This document shows positions 21,092 to 31,082 of a stretch of 64,000 bases of DNA, one piece after another (the first letter of the stretch is position 1; every line of letters starts with the position of its first letter). The position numbers and the translations under genes were made by a program. This DNA is from Desulfomonilia bacterium (lineage in GTDB: Bacteria; Desulfobacterota; Desulfomonilia; UBA1062): assembly GCA_963664325.2 (NCBI GenBank), contig CAXXDQ010000004.1, positions 64,001 through 128,000 on the forward strand, read 5' to 3'. The notes beneath the pieces were generated by a model. The model ran no database searches, was not told the DNA's origin, and saw only the letters and a program-made list of their open reading frames with translations.

Positions 21092-21688
21092 ATGAAAAGG
21101 CTTATGATGCTCCTATCCGTTTCACTGGTAATAATTATTTCATCAGGATGTGCCAGTACGCCCAATGTCAGTTACGGCAACCCCGAACAGGTTGAAACCG
21201 TAACTGCCGATTTTGGTTCCACCGATCTCCAGATGATTGCGGAAAAGATGGTGAATTCGCTTCTTGCAACCCCTCTGCTGCAGTCCGGTAAAAGGCCCGT
21301 CATGTACATATCCAGCGTCAAGAACAAAACAGACGAACATATTGATACAAAATCCATAACAGAGAAGATCAAGGTCACTCTGCTCAAGTCAGGGAGAGTG
21401 CAGTTCTCGGCTGTAAGTGAAGCAAACGATGAGATAATAAAGCAGCTTGAATACCAGAACCTTACAGACTATGTAGACCCCAGCACAAGAAAGAACCTCG
21501 GGAAACAGGTCGGTGCAGACTATTTTCTATACGGTGAAATCTCATCCATAAAGAAACAGGCTGGTAAAGTAGAGGATGTCTATTTCAAAATTACGCTTAA
21601 TCTAGTAAATATCTCCACCGGTCTTCTTGAATGGGCTGATGAGAAAGAAATTCGCAAGAGCGCAAAAAGACCGCTTCTTGGGAATTGA
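21092..21688 (+). CDS. lpoB: Penicillin-binding protein activator LpoB/YcfM-like lipoprotein
   Basis: Lipobox SSGC, FGSTDLQMIAEKMVNSLL, VKNKTDEHIDT, GADYFLYGEI. Confidence 0.75.
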   Translation: MKRLMMLLSVSLVIIISSGCASTPNVSYGNPEQVETVTADFGSTDLQMIAEKMVNSLLATPLLQSGKRPVMYISSVKNKTDEHIDTKSITEKIKVTLLKSGRVQFSAVSEANDEIIKQLEYQNLTDYVDPSTRKNLGKQVGADYFLYGEISSIKKQAGKVEDVYFKITLNLVNISTGLLEWADEKEIRKSAKRPLLGN

Positions 21689-21710
21689 TAAAAATAAAGG
21701 AAGATAATTA

Positions 21711-22100
21711 ATGAAGTTGGAAGAAATACCAAAATTATCGCTGCCTGCCCTTATAATGGCATACCTCAAGGGACTCAAGAAATTTGCAGGCTTGGAAAAA
21801 GCATATGTCAAAAATGAGATCGGAGCCGGATTATCTCAGGCTCCTATCGGAATAGTCCTTGCGATAGCCGGCCTCATACTGCTTGCACTGGGCGGGCTTC
21901 TGCTTCTTGTTACATCAGTACTGGTACTTTGCATATGGCTTCAGCCATGGGCGGCCGCACTCATAATTGCCGGGGCCCTTGTTGTACTGGGTATTCTGAT
22001 CGCCCTTACCGGGCTTGTTAAGGCAAAGAGGGACATAGCACGCGCCAAGGCTTCATTCAGCCAGGCAGGAAAGGATATAAAATGTCTGAGACAGAAATGA
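21711..22100 (+). CDS. Two-TM membrane protein, phage-holin superfamily III/YqjE-like
   Basis: Two long hydrophobic helices with PWAAALII and a basic C-terminus. Confidence 0.55.
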   Translation: MKLEEIPKLSLPALIMAYLKGLKKFAGLEKAYVKNEIGAGLSQAPIGIVLAIAGLILLALGGLLLLVTSVLVLCIWLQPWAAALIIAGALVVLGILIALTGLVKAKRDIARAKASFSQAGKDIKCLRQK

Positions 22101-22366
22101 GAAAGGATATCGATGTCCTGATAGCGGAATTAAAAGCCATCAGAAGCGAGCTGGGCATCCGGTACGGATTTTTGAAAGAGGATGCGGTTGGCTATATAAA
22201 AATCGCGGTATTGATTATCGCCTCAATTGTCGGTCTAAAGCTGGCAATTAAATTTCTAAGGGCCCTGCTGGCGTTTTTGTTAAAACACAAGCTCGGTTTT
22301 GCGGCCATATCGGCACTTTGCTATCTTGGCTGGCGTGATTTGAATCAGGATAACAGTAACAGGTGA
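22082..22366 (+). CDS. Small hypothetical membrane protein
   Basis: Overlaps the previous gene; coiled N-terminus plus hydrophobic segments. Confidence 0.55.
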   Translation: MSETEMRKDIDVLIAELKAIRSELGIRYGFLKEDAVGYIKIAVLIIASIVGLKLAIKFLRALLAFLLKHKLGFAAISALCYLGWRDLNQDNSNR

Positions 22367-22399
22367 CATTCTCAAACGTACCGGGTCGAGGAGGCAAAA

Positions 22400-22948
22400 A
22401 TGGACATCCAGCGTAGACTGGAAAAAATTACAAGCAGGACAGCGGTTCTCTATGCCATGACAGGACTGCTTGTCATCCTGGCTAATCCATCATTCAAGGC
22501 ATGCTTCTTTGGCATACTGATTGTTGCTGCAGGGGAAGCGTTGCGTTTCTGGGCTACAGGGCATATCAGGAAAAATGAAGAACTCACTACATCAGGGCCT
22601 TATGCCTATATACAGTCTCCCATGTATCTTGGCAGTTTCATCATAGCGACCGGCCTGTGCATCATGTCCAGAAATTCAGTTATATGGGTGATCGCAGCAG
22701 CAGTATATTTCCTGTCATATATCCCAAGAAAACAGGAAAAGGAATGGGCCAGGCTGGAGAAGCATTTCGGAGATAAATTCCTGAAATATAAAAGCGAGGT
22801 ACCATATCTAATCCCGACAAAAACACTTCCGTATTCAGAAGCTGAAATGAAACCGTGGTCGTTTGCACTGGCAATAGAAAATAATGAACACCAGGTGGCG
22901 ATTGGCGTGGCCCTGCTCGCTATATTCATCATGGTAAGAATCTTCTAA
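22400..22948 (+). CDS. Isoprenylcysteine carboxyl methyltransferase/PEMT family membrane protein
   Basis: LRFWA, LTTSGPYAYIQSPMYLG, FGDKFLKYKSEVP. Confidence 0.85.
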   Translation: MDIQRRLEKITSRTAVLYAMTGLLVILANPSFKACFFGILIVAAGEALRFWATGHIRKNEELTTSGPYAYIQSPMYLGSFIIATGLCIMSRNSVIWVIAAAVYFLSYIPRKQEKEWARLEKHFGDKFLKYKSEVPYLIPTKTLPYSEAEMKPWSFALAIENNEHQVAIGVALLAIFIMVRIF

Positions 22949-22977
22949 CAGCTGCCGTTAATTATTAGGCAGCTGTT
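22947..22977. terminator. Hairpin between convergent genes
   Basis: Perfect 10-bp inverted repeat AACAGCTGCC ... GGCAGCTGTT. Confidence 0.5.
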
Positions 22978-23406
22978 CTATACCGTCTCAAAAAAATCCA
23001 CTTTCTGGTTCTTCTTATATGCCATGCCCTGGAATACGCATACGATTTCTCCTTCTTCATCAAAGACATTAACATTATAAGTGGCAAGCCTCGGATTTGC
23101 TGTCACTTCTGCCGCCTCGGCAAAAATGACAGTCCCCTTTGGCGCCTTTACATAAGATATTGTATTACTTATCGCCACGGCCACATGACCCCTTGAATTG
23201 ACTGCGGCAGCGAATGCGAGGTCGGCTAGCGTATATGTAACCCCGCCGTGCACGATCCCCACGCCATTCAAATGATGCGGCTTGATTATAAGCTTGGCGC
23301 TGGCCTTCCCGTCACCGGCACTTAAAAGTTCGATGCCGATGTAATCCGCAAATTTGTCCTTTAAAAAATACCTTTTCAGATCATCGCTTGATACATCACT
23401 TGACAT
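22978..23406 (-). CDS. PaaI-family hotdog thioesterase
   Basis: HLNGVGIVHGGVTYTLADLAF. Confidence 0.92.
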   Translation of the reverse strand: MSSDVSSDDLKRYFLKDKFADYIGIELLSAGDGKASAKLIIKPHHLNGVGIVHGGVTYTLADLAFAAAVNSRGHVAVAISNTISYVKAPKGTVIFAEAAEVTANPRLATYNVNVFDEEGEIVCVFQGMAYKKNQKVDFFETV

Positions 23407-23548
23407 TCACTTCTCCCATCCCATTGAAATACTATGAAGCACATAACACATCCTAAGATGAGTGCTCAAGCACCAGGGAAAATTTGCTATTGAAAAATAC
23501 TCTATTTGCTGGTGTTGTTGTCCTGGTTGTAGTGTTATAGAGGTAATC

Positions 23549-24526
23549 ATGCCAAGGTTAATAACTGTCACTTCAGGTTCGGATGGCGTCGGAAGGACAA
23601 GCTTTGTCCTTAATGTCGGTATTGCACTGGCCAGAATGGATTTCAAAGTCCTGCTCGTCGATGCGGATATGGGACTAAACAACCTTGATGTTATGATGGG
23701 TATAATGCCGCTTAAAACACTTGCGGATGTCATTGCCGGTGATACGAGCCCGGAAAATATAATTATAAATACCGGGTATAAAATAGACCTTATCCCTGCC
23801 TCATCAGGACTCAGGATTATTGATGTCCCTGATGAAGAAAGGATAAACTGCATAAGCAAAGATTTGGAAAATATAACATCCAGATATGATTTTATAATTG
23901 CCGATGCCCCTAGCGGAGTTTTAAGCAGGACACTGGGTTTTCTTTCAGAGTCACCTGATATAATAATCGGGATTAACAATGACGAGAAGTCCCTTACCGG
24001 TTCATATGCCTTGATAAAGGAATTACGTTCAGGAGGAGAAAATCCCCGATTTTCAATGTTTTCCAGTATGGTAAAAGACTATTCTGCCGGTCACGCACTA
24101 TACAGGAAACTTTCCCTTGTCTCGCAGCGGTTTGTAAATACTCATATCAACTATATTGGACCCGTTGTACTCGATGATATTTCCATTCCAGCATCAGGCG
24201 AACAGATTCCCCTTATTGTTAAGTATCCCACATCCGATACTGCCAGATGCTATCGAATGCTGACTTCGACCATCCTGAGTCAGAAAGCAATTGAATCCAA
24301 AACAGACAAGTTCTTTTCCCGCCTCATCAGGCTGGCGGCCATGGATTCAAATCCTCAAGCTATAAGGGAAATTTCTTTTGATGAAAAATCTGTTAGCAAT
24401 GGACTCGAGAGGACCATGGATGCAATTCTTGAAGAACAGAAGAGGACAAGGCTGCTCCTTGAAAGGCTTGTCGGTATGATTGATATTACAGGCGCACATG
24501 AAACAGACAAACCTGCTGAAATGTAA
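23549..24526 (+). CDS. MinD/FlhG(FleN)-like protein with degenerate Walker A
   Basis: ITVTSGSDGVGRTS, LLVDADMGLNNLDV, IIADAPSG; start set to the ATG at 23549 after a GAGGT RBS. Confidence 0.8.
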   Translation: MPRLITVTSGSDGVGRTSFVLNVGIALARMDFKVLLVDADMGLNNLDVMMGIMPLKTLADVIAGDTSPENIIINTGYKIDLIPASSGLRIIDVPDEERINCISKDLENITSRYDFIIADAPSGVLSRTLGFLSESPDIIIGINNDEKSLTGSYALIKELRSGGENPRFSMFSSMVKDYSAGHALYRKLSLVSQRFVNTHINYIGPVVLDDISIPASGEQIPLIVKYPTSDTARCYRMLTSTILSQKAIESKTDKFFSRLIRLAAMDSNPQAIREISFDEKSVSNGLERTMDAILEEQKRTRLLLERLVGMIDITGAHETDKPAEM

Positions 24527-25013
24527 GCTTAAGACTAAACTGGGAAGTATTTTTATCTCAGGCAACCAAGACTGTATCACAACGGTTTCCTGGGACACTT
24601 CTCCTGATGGATGCACGCCGGATCACACAGGTGAACTCAACTGGTTTACCGAAGAGCTTTCTCTTTACATGAAAGGCGATTTGAAAGTTTTCACCGGCAG
24701 GTTGTCTTTCGAAAATAATACCCCTATTTGGTCAAGAAAACCTTTTGATGAACCCATTCCGAACAATCTTTGGGCATCGGTCTTGAAAATCATGTCTGGA
24801 ATTCCTTACGGAAAGACAATGATTTATGGTTCGATTGCCCTTGAAGCTGGAAACAAAGGGTTTGCCAGGGCAGTTGGTAGTATATGCGGCAAAAACCCTC
24901 TAGTAATAATCGTACCATGTCACAGGGTAATTGCAGCTTCGGGTATAGGAGGATACAGTGCAGGGCTTGATAAAAAACGCGGCCTCCTGAAAATCGAGGG
25001 TGTGAACATTTAG
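24498..25013 (+). CDS. ogt: Methylated-DNA--protein-cysteine methyltransferase
   Basis: IPYGKT, ARAVG, NPLVIIVPCHRVI. Confidence 0.92.
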   Translation: MKQTNLLKCKLKTKLGSIFISGNQDCITTVSWDTSPDGCTPDHTGELNWFTEELSLYMKGDLKVFTGRLSFENNTPIWSRKPFDEPIPNNLWASVLKIMSGIPYGKTMIYGSIALEAGNKGFARAVGSICGKNPLVIIVPCHRVIAASGIGGYSAGLDKKRGLLKIEGVNI

Positions 25014-25067
25014 TCAACTCCATAATTGACATGGCGTACAAGGTGTGCCTGTGGAGAACCATCAAGA

Positions 25068-26042
25068 ATGCTGATAGATGGATTTAAAAGAGAGATCAGA
25101 TACCTGAGAGTTTCTGTTACAGACAGGTGCAACCTCAGATGCAGGTACTGTATGCCGGAAGAAGGCATCGAATGGCTTCCCCATGAAGACATCATGCGCT
25201 ATGAGGAAATTCTTCGGGTTATCCGGATATGTTCGGAAATTGGGGTCGATAAAGTCCGCATTACCGGGGGTGAGCCTCTTGTCAGAAAAGGGCTTCTGGG
25301 TTTCATTGAAGGTATCAGAGAAATAAACGGTATTAATGACCTTTCCATGACTACAAACGGGGTTTTCCTTTCAAATGCGGCACAAAACCTTAAGTCAGCA
25401 GGCATTAACAGGTTGAATATCAGTCTCGATACACTTAATAAGGAAAAATTTTCCTACATTACCAGGGTTAATGCCTTCGATGATGTTATGAATGGTATTG
25501 AGAAGTCAATGGAACTCGGATTTATTATAAAAATCAATGTAGTTGCTATAGCCGGATTCAATGATGATGAAATTAACACATTCGCCCGGCATACAATTGA
25601 AAAGGACATAGAGATACGTTTTATTGAACTGATGCCGATGGGGTGTGCAGCCCGATTCGGAAATAACCGTGTGTTCAGGGCAAATGAACTCAAGGATATT
25701 ATTGAATCCGAACAGGGCATACTTGATCCTGCAACAAGTGGTCTGGGGCCTGCAAAAGTTTACAGAATAAGAGGAGCAAAGGGAAAAATCGGTTTTATCG
25801 ATCCAATGACCGAGCATTCATTCTGCAGGCGCTGTAACCGAATAAGGCTAACTGCAAACGGACAGCTTAAGCTCTGCCTGTTTTCAGAAGACGGTATTGA
25901 TCTGCTTAAACCAATCAGGAAGGGAGTAAGCGACAAGGAACTGTCATCACTGATAATGGAATCCGTAAAATTGAAACCCGCTCACGGGATACATATAGAG
26001 GGAAGGAACGGAAGCGGAACGATGAACAGAATCGGGGGTTGA
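25068..26042 (+). CDS. moaA: GTP 3',8-cyclase (molybdopterin biosynthesis radical SAM)
   Basis: YLRVSVTDRCNLRCRYC, TGGEPL, FCRRCNRIRLT..KLCL, C-terminal IGG. Confidence 0.96.
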   Translation: MLIDGFKREIRYLRVSVTDRCNLRCRYCMPEEGIEWLPHEDIMRYEEILRVIRICSEIGVDKVRITGGEPLVRKGLLGFIEGIREINGINDLSMTTNGVFLSNAAQNLKSAGINRLNISLDTLNKEKFSYITRVNAFDDVMNGIEKSMELGFIIKINVVAIAGFNDDEINTFARHTIEKDIEIRFIELMPMGCAARFGNNRVFRANELKDIIESEQGILDPATSGLGPAKVYRIRGAKGKIGFIDPMTEHSFCRRCNRIRLTANGQLKLCLFSEDGIDLLKPIRKGVSDKELSSLIMESVKLKPAHGIHIEGRNGSGTMNRIGG

Positions 26043-26057
26043 TTATTATATAAAAGC

Positions 26058-26429
26058 TTACCTGTCAATAACGGCAGCTTCCAGCATTTTGCCGTAGTAT
26101 TCAAGATCCCTTTCAAAAAGTATCCTGTTGGTGTTTAATATAGACAGTCCTGACATAGAACTTCCGTTGTCTGTTTCAGCCCACACGACCTTGCAGTATA
26201 GAGATATTTTCCCCTGGGTAAACTCCGGCTGGTCAATATAAAGCCTTACAACAGTTCCTATCGGTACGGCTGCACCGGATATGCACACACCGCCGCTGCA
26301 GGCATTAATAATTGAAATATCTTTCCGGATGCCCTTGGCTTCTATCATGCCAAAGGCATTGGGTACTGAGATGCGTTCGAATATCCTTTTTTCCTTTATG
26401 TATGGCATTGGTGCAAAAATATAAGCCAT
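26058..26429 (-). CDS. PilZ domain protein
   Basis: EKRIFER (RxxxR), INACSGGVCI (D/NxSxxG-like), CKVVW. Confidence 0.7.
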   Translation of the reverse strand: MAYIFAPMPYIKEKRIFERISVPNAFGMIEAKGIRKDISIINACSGGVCISGAAVPIGTVVRLYIDQPEFTQGKISLYCKVVWAETDNGSSMSGLSILNTNRILFERDLEYYGKMLEAAVIDR

Positions 26430-26560
26430 TCCCTGATGATGTCAAGCTTATTCAATGAGTGTGCCAACAGATGAAGTCTCCGAATAAATATATTTCTGCA
26501 GGATGGAAACCTTGACCGTTTGGAGCATATTTGTTAAGCGCTGATAAACGGAGGCATAAT

Positions 26561-26941
26561 ATGAGCAATTTGTTGGATTATGAAAAATCAGGCGGGCTTG
26601 TTGCAGCAATTGCACAGGATTATAGAACAGGCGAGGTCCTGATGATTGCATGGATGAACAAAGAGGCCTTTGACGAAACGCTTGCAACAGGCAAGGTTTG
26701 CTATTTCAGCCGTTCCAGAAACAGGCTTTGGAGAAAAGGGGAAGAGTCTGGAAATGTCCAGATAGTCCACGAAATAAGGGTTGATTGTGACCGAGATGCA
26801 GTGCTTCTTAAAGTGGAGCAGGTGGGTGATGCCGCTTGCCATGAAGGTTACAGGACATGCTTTTTCAGAAAAGTCGTCAATAATGAACTTATAACAGATG
26901 GTGCAAGGGTTTTTAATCCTAAGGAGGTTTACAAGAAATGA
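26561..26941 (+). CDS. hisI: Phosphoribosyl-AMP cyclohydrolase
   Basis: [30 protein letters not shown]. Confidence 0.96.
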   Translation: MSNLLDYEKSGGLVAAIAQDYRTGEVLMIAWMNKEAFDETLATGKVCYFSRSRNRLWRKGEESGNVQIVHEIRVDCDRDAVLLKVEQVGDAACHEGYRTCFFRKVVNNELITDGARVFNPKEVYKK

Positions 26942-27813
26942 GTATAATAAGGCTGGCGATACCGAAGGGTAGCTTGCAGCAGTCCACGATAGACCTGTTC
27001 AAGGATGCCGGATGGCGTATTGTTCCGAGCTCGCGCAGCTATTTCCCTACAATAGATGACCCGGAGATTGAATGTGCACTTGTAAGGGCGCAGGAAATTT
27101 CCCGATATGTCGAAAACGGCCTGTTTGATATGGCCTTAACAGGACTCGACTGGATACTTGAAAATGAAAGTGACGTTGAGATAGTTGCAGACCTTGTTTA
27201 TTCAAAAGCCACGGCGAGACCGGCAAGGTGGGTGCTCGCTGTCGCCGAGAACTCGACAATAAAAAAGGCTGAAGATCTTGAAGGTAAAAAAATCGCAACC
27301 GAGCTGGTCAACTATACCAAAAAATATTTCACTGACCGCGGCATAAAAGTTGACGTTGAATTTTCATGGGGTGCAACGGAAGCCAAGGTTGTAGACGGCC
27401 TTGTTGATGCCATTGTCGAGGTAACTGAAACTGGTTCGACAATAAAGGCACATAATCTGAAAATAATCGATGACCTTCTTGTAACAAATACAAAGATAAT
27501 AGCCAATAAGGCATCATGGCAGGATGAAGCAAAAAGAAATAAAATAGAACAGGTTTCAATGATGCTTAAAAGCGCCTTGACTGCGGCAGACATGACAGGG
27601 CTCAAAATGAACGTTCCGGTTGCTGGCAGGGATGAGATAATCGGCATGTTGCCTGCAATGACTTCACCTACGGTTTCAACATTGCATGATAAAAACTGGC
27701 TGTCTGTTGAAACAATAATAAAGGAATCGCAGGCCAGGGATCTTATACCAAGACTCCTGAAGGCCGGGGCAAAAGGAATTATCGAATATCCACTCAAGAA
27801 GGTCCTTAACTGA
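26938..27813 (+). CDS. hisG: ATP phosphoribosyltransferase, long form
   Basis: [29 protein letters not shown]-terminal regulatory domain. Confidence 0.96.
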   Translation: MSIIRLAIPKGSLQQSTIDLFKDAGWRIVPSSRSYFPTIDDPEIECALVRAQEISRYVENGLFDMALTGLDWILENESDVEIVADLVYSKATARPARWVLAVAENSTIKKAEDLEGKKIATELVNYTKKYFTDRGIKVDVEFSWGATEAKVVDGLVDAIVEVTETGSTIKAHNLKIIDDLLVTNTKIIANKASWQDEAKRNKIEQVSMMLKSALTAADMTGLKMNVPVAGRDEIIGMLPAMTSPTVSTLHDKNWLSVETIIKESQARDLIPRLLKAGAKGIIEYPLKKVLN

Positions 27814-28559
27814 TGATACCGAGAAAGACGCCTCTCGAAATAACAAAGATGAGAGAATCGGGAAGACTCATTGCCAGACTTTTTGAACATATCAGGCCGA
27901 TGGTTCAGCCGGGCATAACGACAGCTCAGCTTGATTCCGAAGCAGAAATGTTCATAGATATGAATAATGCCAAACCTGCCTTCAAGGGATACAGGGGCTA
28001 TCCTGCAACGCTGTGCACCTCCATCAATGATTGCATTATCCACGGCATACCCGGCCAGATAAAACTAAAGGCAGGAGATATAATCGGTCTTGATGTTGGT
28101 GTTTTGATGGACGGTTTTTATGCAGACGCAGCTGTAACGCTGCCCGTCGGCGAAGTACCGGCTCATGCCAGAGCGCTTATGCGGGTTTCTGAGGCCGCCA
28201 TGAACGAAGGGATAGGACAGGCAATACCTGGAAACAGGCTTTATGATATTTCTTCGGCAATACAGAAAACCGCCGAAGGTGCCGGATATTCTGTTGTAAG
28301 AGATTTCGTAGGTCACGGCATCGGAGAAAAACTGCACGAAGAGCCGCAGATCCCCAATTACGGAAAGAAAGGCACAGGACCGCTTCTTGAAACAGGTATG
28401 ACCCTGGCTATCGAAACAATGATTAATCAGGGCACCTGGAAGGTTAGGATATTAAAGGATAAATGGACAGCGCTCACTGCCGATGGCAGGCTGTCCGCAC
28501 ACTTTGAACATACAATCGCCATAACTCCCGATGGACCTCATATCCTGACCGCTTTATAA
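27813..28559 (+). CDS. map: Methionine aminopeptidase type I
   Basis: IHGIP, DAAVT, VGHGIG..HEEP, AIETM, SAHFEHT. Confidence 0.97.
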   Translation: MIPRKTPLEITKMRESGRLIARLFEHIRPMVQPGITTAQLDSEAEMFIDMNNAKPAFKGYRGYPATLCTSINDCIIHGIPGQIKLKAGDIIGLDVGVLMDGFYADAAVTLPVGEVPAHARALMRVSEAAMNEGIGQAIPGNRLYDISSAIQKTAEGAGYSVVRDFVGHGIGEKLHEEPQIPNYGKKGTGPLLETGMTLAIETMINQGTWKVRILKDKWTALTADGRLSAHFEHTIAITPDGPHILTAL

Positions 28560-28653
28560 TAGTCATAACTTGATGGATTTTCTAGGATATTGTTAAACCC
28601 TTCACATTGACACATCATATGTTTAGGCGTATTTTTTTTATGGCAGGTAAAAT

Positions 28654-29442
28654 ATGAACCGTTATCTTATAATATTTTCAATCCTTATATTGTCTGCAGG
28701 ATGTGCACATAGATATTCTGAAACAGAATACAAGACTGTTGAAACACAGCTCTCTGTATGCGAACAGGCCTGTACTGTTGTTGCCCAGGATAACAAGCTT
28801 GTAAAAGCCAGGATTGCGGAACTAGAGGAAGAACTTAAAAAGGCTAAAGCCGACAAGGACCAATGCCTTAAAGATATGCAGGGACTCCTTGACAGGAACC
28901 TCGAAGCGCTTCAGTACAACAAGACGCTTCTTCAACAGATGACCAGTTACAAGACAATTATCCAGGAGAGAACAGATACAAGAAGCCGTTCATTAAAGGC
29001 ATATGAGTATATAATGAGTATGCTGGACAAAGAGCGGAAAGCAAAACAGGTGTTCATTATAAAGAACAATGATAAAATAAAAATAGTAATTCCCCAGAAA
29101 GAGCTTTTTGCCGGCCCTAAAAGCGCATGGCTGGAACCTAAGGGGGAAAAGCTGATTGCCAAAATTGCCAGAGGATTGAAACAAATTGACCCTGCATATA
29201 TAGAGATTGGTGGTCACACAGACAAATCATCAATTCCTGAAAACCTGAGAAAAACATACCCTAACAACTGGTACCTATCACAGGCGAGGGCTCTCTCGGT
29301 CCTTGAAAACCTTGAAGCCGGCGGTATTAACAGGGACAAAATGTGTGCAATAGCTTATGCAGACACCAGGCCTATTGCAGCGAACAGCTCTGAAGAGGGT
29401 ATGGCAATGAACCGCCGTGTTGAGATTTCTATACTTCCTTAA
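28654..29442 (+). CDS. OmpA/MotB-like peptidoglycan-binding lipoprotein with coiled coil
   Basis: Lipobox SAGC, IGGHTD, NWYLSQARA, NRRVEI. Confidence 0.88.
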   Translation: MNRYLIIFSILILSAGCAHRYSETEYKTVETQLSVCEQACTVVAQDNKLVKARIAELEEELKKAKADKDQCLKDMQGLLDRNLEALQYNKTLLQQMTSYKTIIQERTDTRSRSLKAYEYIMSMLDKERKAKQVFIIKNNDKIKIVIPQKELFAGPKSAWLEPKGEKLIAKIARGLKQIDPAYIEIGGHTDKSSIPENLRKTYPNNWYLSQARALSVLENLEAGGINRDKMCAIAYADTRPIAANSSEEGMAMNRRVEISILP

Positions 29443-29469
29443 TGTGAATTAGCCTTAATAAAAACGGAT

Positions 29470-29502
29470 AAAAAAAGAGGGGTTTTCAAACCCCTCTTTT
29501 TT
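29470..29502. terminator. Bidirectional rho-independent terminator
   Basis: AAAAAAAGAGGGGTTT-TC-AAACCCCTCTTTTTT between convergent genes. Confidence 0.88.
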
Positions 29503-29525
29503 ACTATTTCTGTATGTTAACTTTT

Positions 29526-30905
29526 TTAGCTTGGATCGCAAGCATTTCCAATGCCATCGCCATCAGTGTCTTCCTGACCCGGATTGAATATGGACGGACA
29601 GTTGTCACAGGCATCTCCGATTCCGTCACCGTCACTGTCAAGCTGGTCCAGATTTGCTATGGTTGGGCAGTTGTCACATGCATTTCCGATGCCGTCACCG
29701 TCACTGTCAAGCTGGTCCAGATTTGCCCTGTAAGGACAGTTATCCACTCCGTTTAATACGCCATCACCGTCAATATCCGGGTCACAGGCATCTCCGATTC
29801 CATCACGGTCAGTATCCTTCTGGTCAGGATTAGGAGTATTGGGACAGTTATCGGATGAATTCCAGATACCGTCTTTGTCGGTATCTTCAGGTACTATCAG
29901 GGCATCGTATGAAATATTTATCGCCCTGGCTGCATATCCAAAAATTCTGACCTCGTCCAGACTTATATTCTTCGAAGGAACAGTTGCGTTTCCTCCGACA
30001 TAAACCAAAGTGCTTCCTGTCGGTGTAAACCCCTGTGGAACAGAACTTGATGAAGCTACTTCCCTGCTGTCATAATAAATCTTCATGGTAGTATTTGAAT
30101 ATGCAAAAGCGATGTGATGCCATGTACCGGATGTAAATGGTGGATAGTCTGAGATTATCGTTGCCGTACCGACTGTAAATACAAGGCTCCCCGTAGTGTC
30201 AACAAATCCCGATATATCCGACCCGATCTGGAAAAAGTTCAACTGATTGCCTGCCAGAAGATCTGAGGTAATCCACATTTCAACAGTAATTCCTGTTGCC
30301 CCTGTAAAGTCGACATTTGCGGAAGGTGATATAGTAATGCCTTCATTCAATGTAAGTCCTATGTGATCTCTTGAACCTTCAGGGAATGCAATCGTATTTC
30401 TTATATCAAACCATGCGACTCCTTCAGCAGGTATATTTAATTCATATGTAGTGGTGCCATTGCCGTCAGTCGCATAATTCAAACCATTACCGTCAAGACT
30501 CCAGGCTGCAAGGGCTGGTTCAGCGTCCTTATATCTGAACGGTGCATAAACCTCTACAGTGCCGGATGCCTTTTCTTTTGGAATATAGACAGCGGCAGGC
30601 ACTGTCATACCGTCCTGTGGATCCTGGAGTGTTACAATAGTGTTTAAGGGCGGGAATATATTGTATGAGGTCTCATTCGGATTAGGTGCGGTATATGGTC
30701 CATATGTCGGATCGTAAAAATTCATTGCCATTGGAAGACCAACAGGAGCGCCGTTATATTGATATAAAACTACCGTTGCGGTAGCTTTTTTACAGGCGCT
30801 GTGGTTGGTGTATACCTTTAATGTCATAATATTACAGGTGCTTGCTCCCATAAGCACAATAGCAAGAAGCACACAGATTACTGTATATGTTAGAGTCCTT
30901 TTCAT
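29526..30905 (-). CDS. Secreted/lipoprotein with LamG-like lectin domain and thrombospondin type-3 Ca-binding repeats
   Basis: Signal ..LMGASTC; TVEMWI, WHHIAF, LDEVRIF; repeated [15 protein letters not shown]. Confidence 0.85.
   Translation of the reverse strand: MKRTLTYTVICVLLAIVLMGASTCNIMTLKVYTNHSACKKATATVVLYQYNGAPVGLPMAMNFYDPTYGPYTAPNPNETSYNIFPPLNTIVTLQDPQDGMTVPAAVYIPKEKASGTVEVYAPFRYKDAEPALAAWSLDGNGLNYATDGNGTTTYELNIPAEGVAWFDIRNTIAFPEGSRDHIGLTLNEGITISPSANVDFTGATGITVEMWITSDLLAGNQLNFFQIGSDISGFVDTTGSLVFTVGTATIISDYPPFTSGTWHHIAFAYSNTTMKIYYDSREVASSSSVPQGFTPTGSTLVYVGGNATVPSKNISLDEVRIFGYAARAINISYDALIVPEDTDKDGIWNSSDNCPNTPNPDQKDTDRDGIGDACDPDIDGDGVLNGVDNCPYRANLDQLDSDGDGIGNACDNCPTIANLDQLDSDGDGIGDACDNCPSIFNPGQEDTDGDGIGNACDPS
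29623..29726. repeat. 69-bp-period intragenic tandem repeat (TSP3 units)
   Basis: Identical 35-mer CCGTCACCGTCACTGTCAAGCTGGTCCAGATTTGC at 29623 and 29692. Confidence 0.85.
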
Positions 30906-30948
30906 AATTGTATTACCTCCTCAGGACATTATTCTTAAACTAAATATT

Positions 30949-30965
30949 TGCAATGTTAATGCCAA
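30949..30965 (-). promoter_or_regulatory. Sigma-54 (-24/-12) promoter
   Basis: Minus strand TTGGCATTAACATTGCA with correct GG-N10-GC spacing, about 45 nt upstream of the LamG/TSP3 start. Confidence 0.7.
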
Positions 30966-31082
30966 ATAGTAATGTAATTATAACACTGCTAAATTCCTTA
31001 TTAAAGCAATACATTAATTTAATCAAGGCCTTTGAGCTGGACAAAGAACTGCTATGAAAATGGAATTTATTTTCCTCTAATT

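Noticed and set aside
21711-22366. Holin-like gene suggesting a prophage
   Set aside because: There is no endolysin, structural gene or integrase nearby, and this family is commonly chromosomal.
23407-23979. 190-aa minus-strand ORF abutting the PaaI gene
   Set aside because: Mostly antisense to the MinD/FlhG-like gene, which carries the clear family motifs.
29560-29900. Regularly spaced repeats resembling a CRISPR array
   Set aside because: They are in-frame coding TSP3 repeats without unique spacers, and no cas genes are present.
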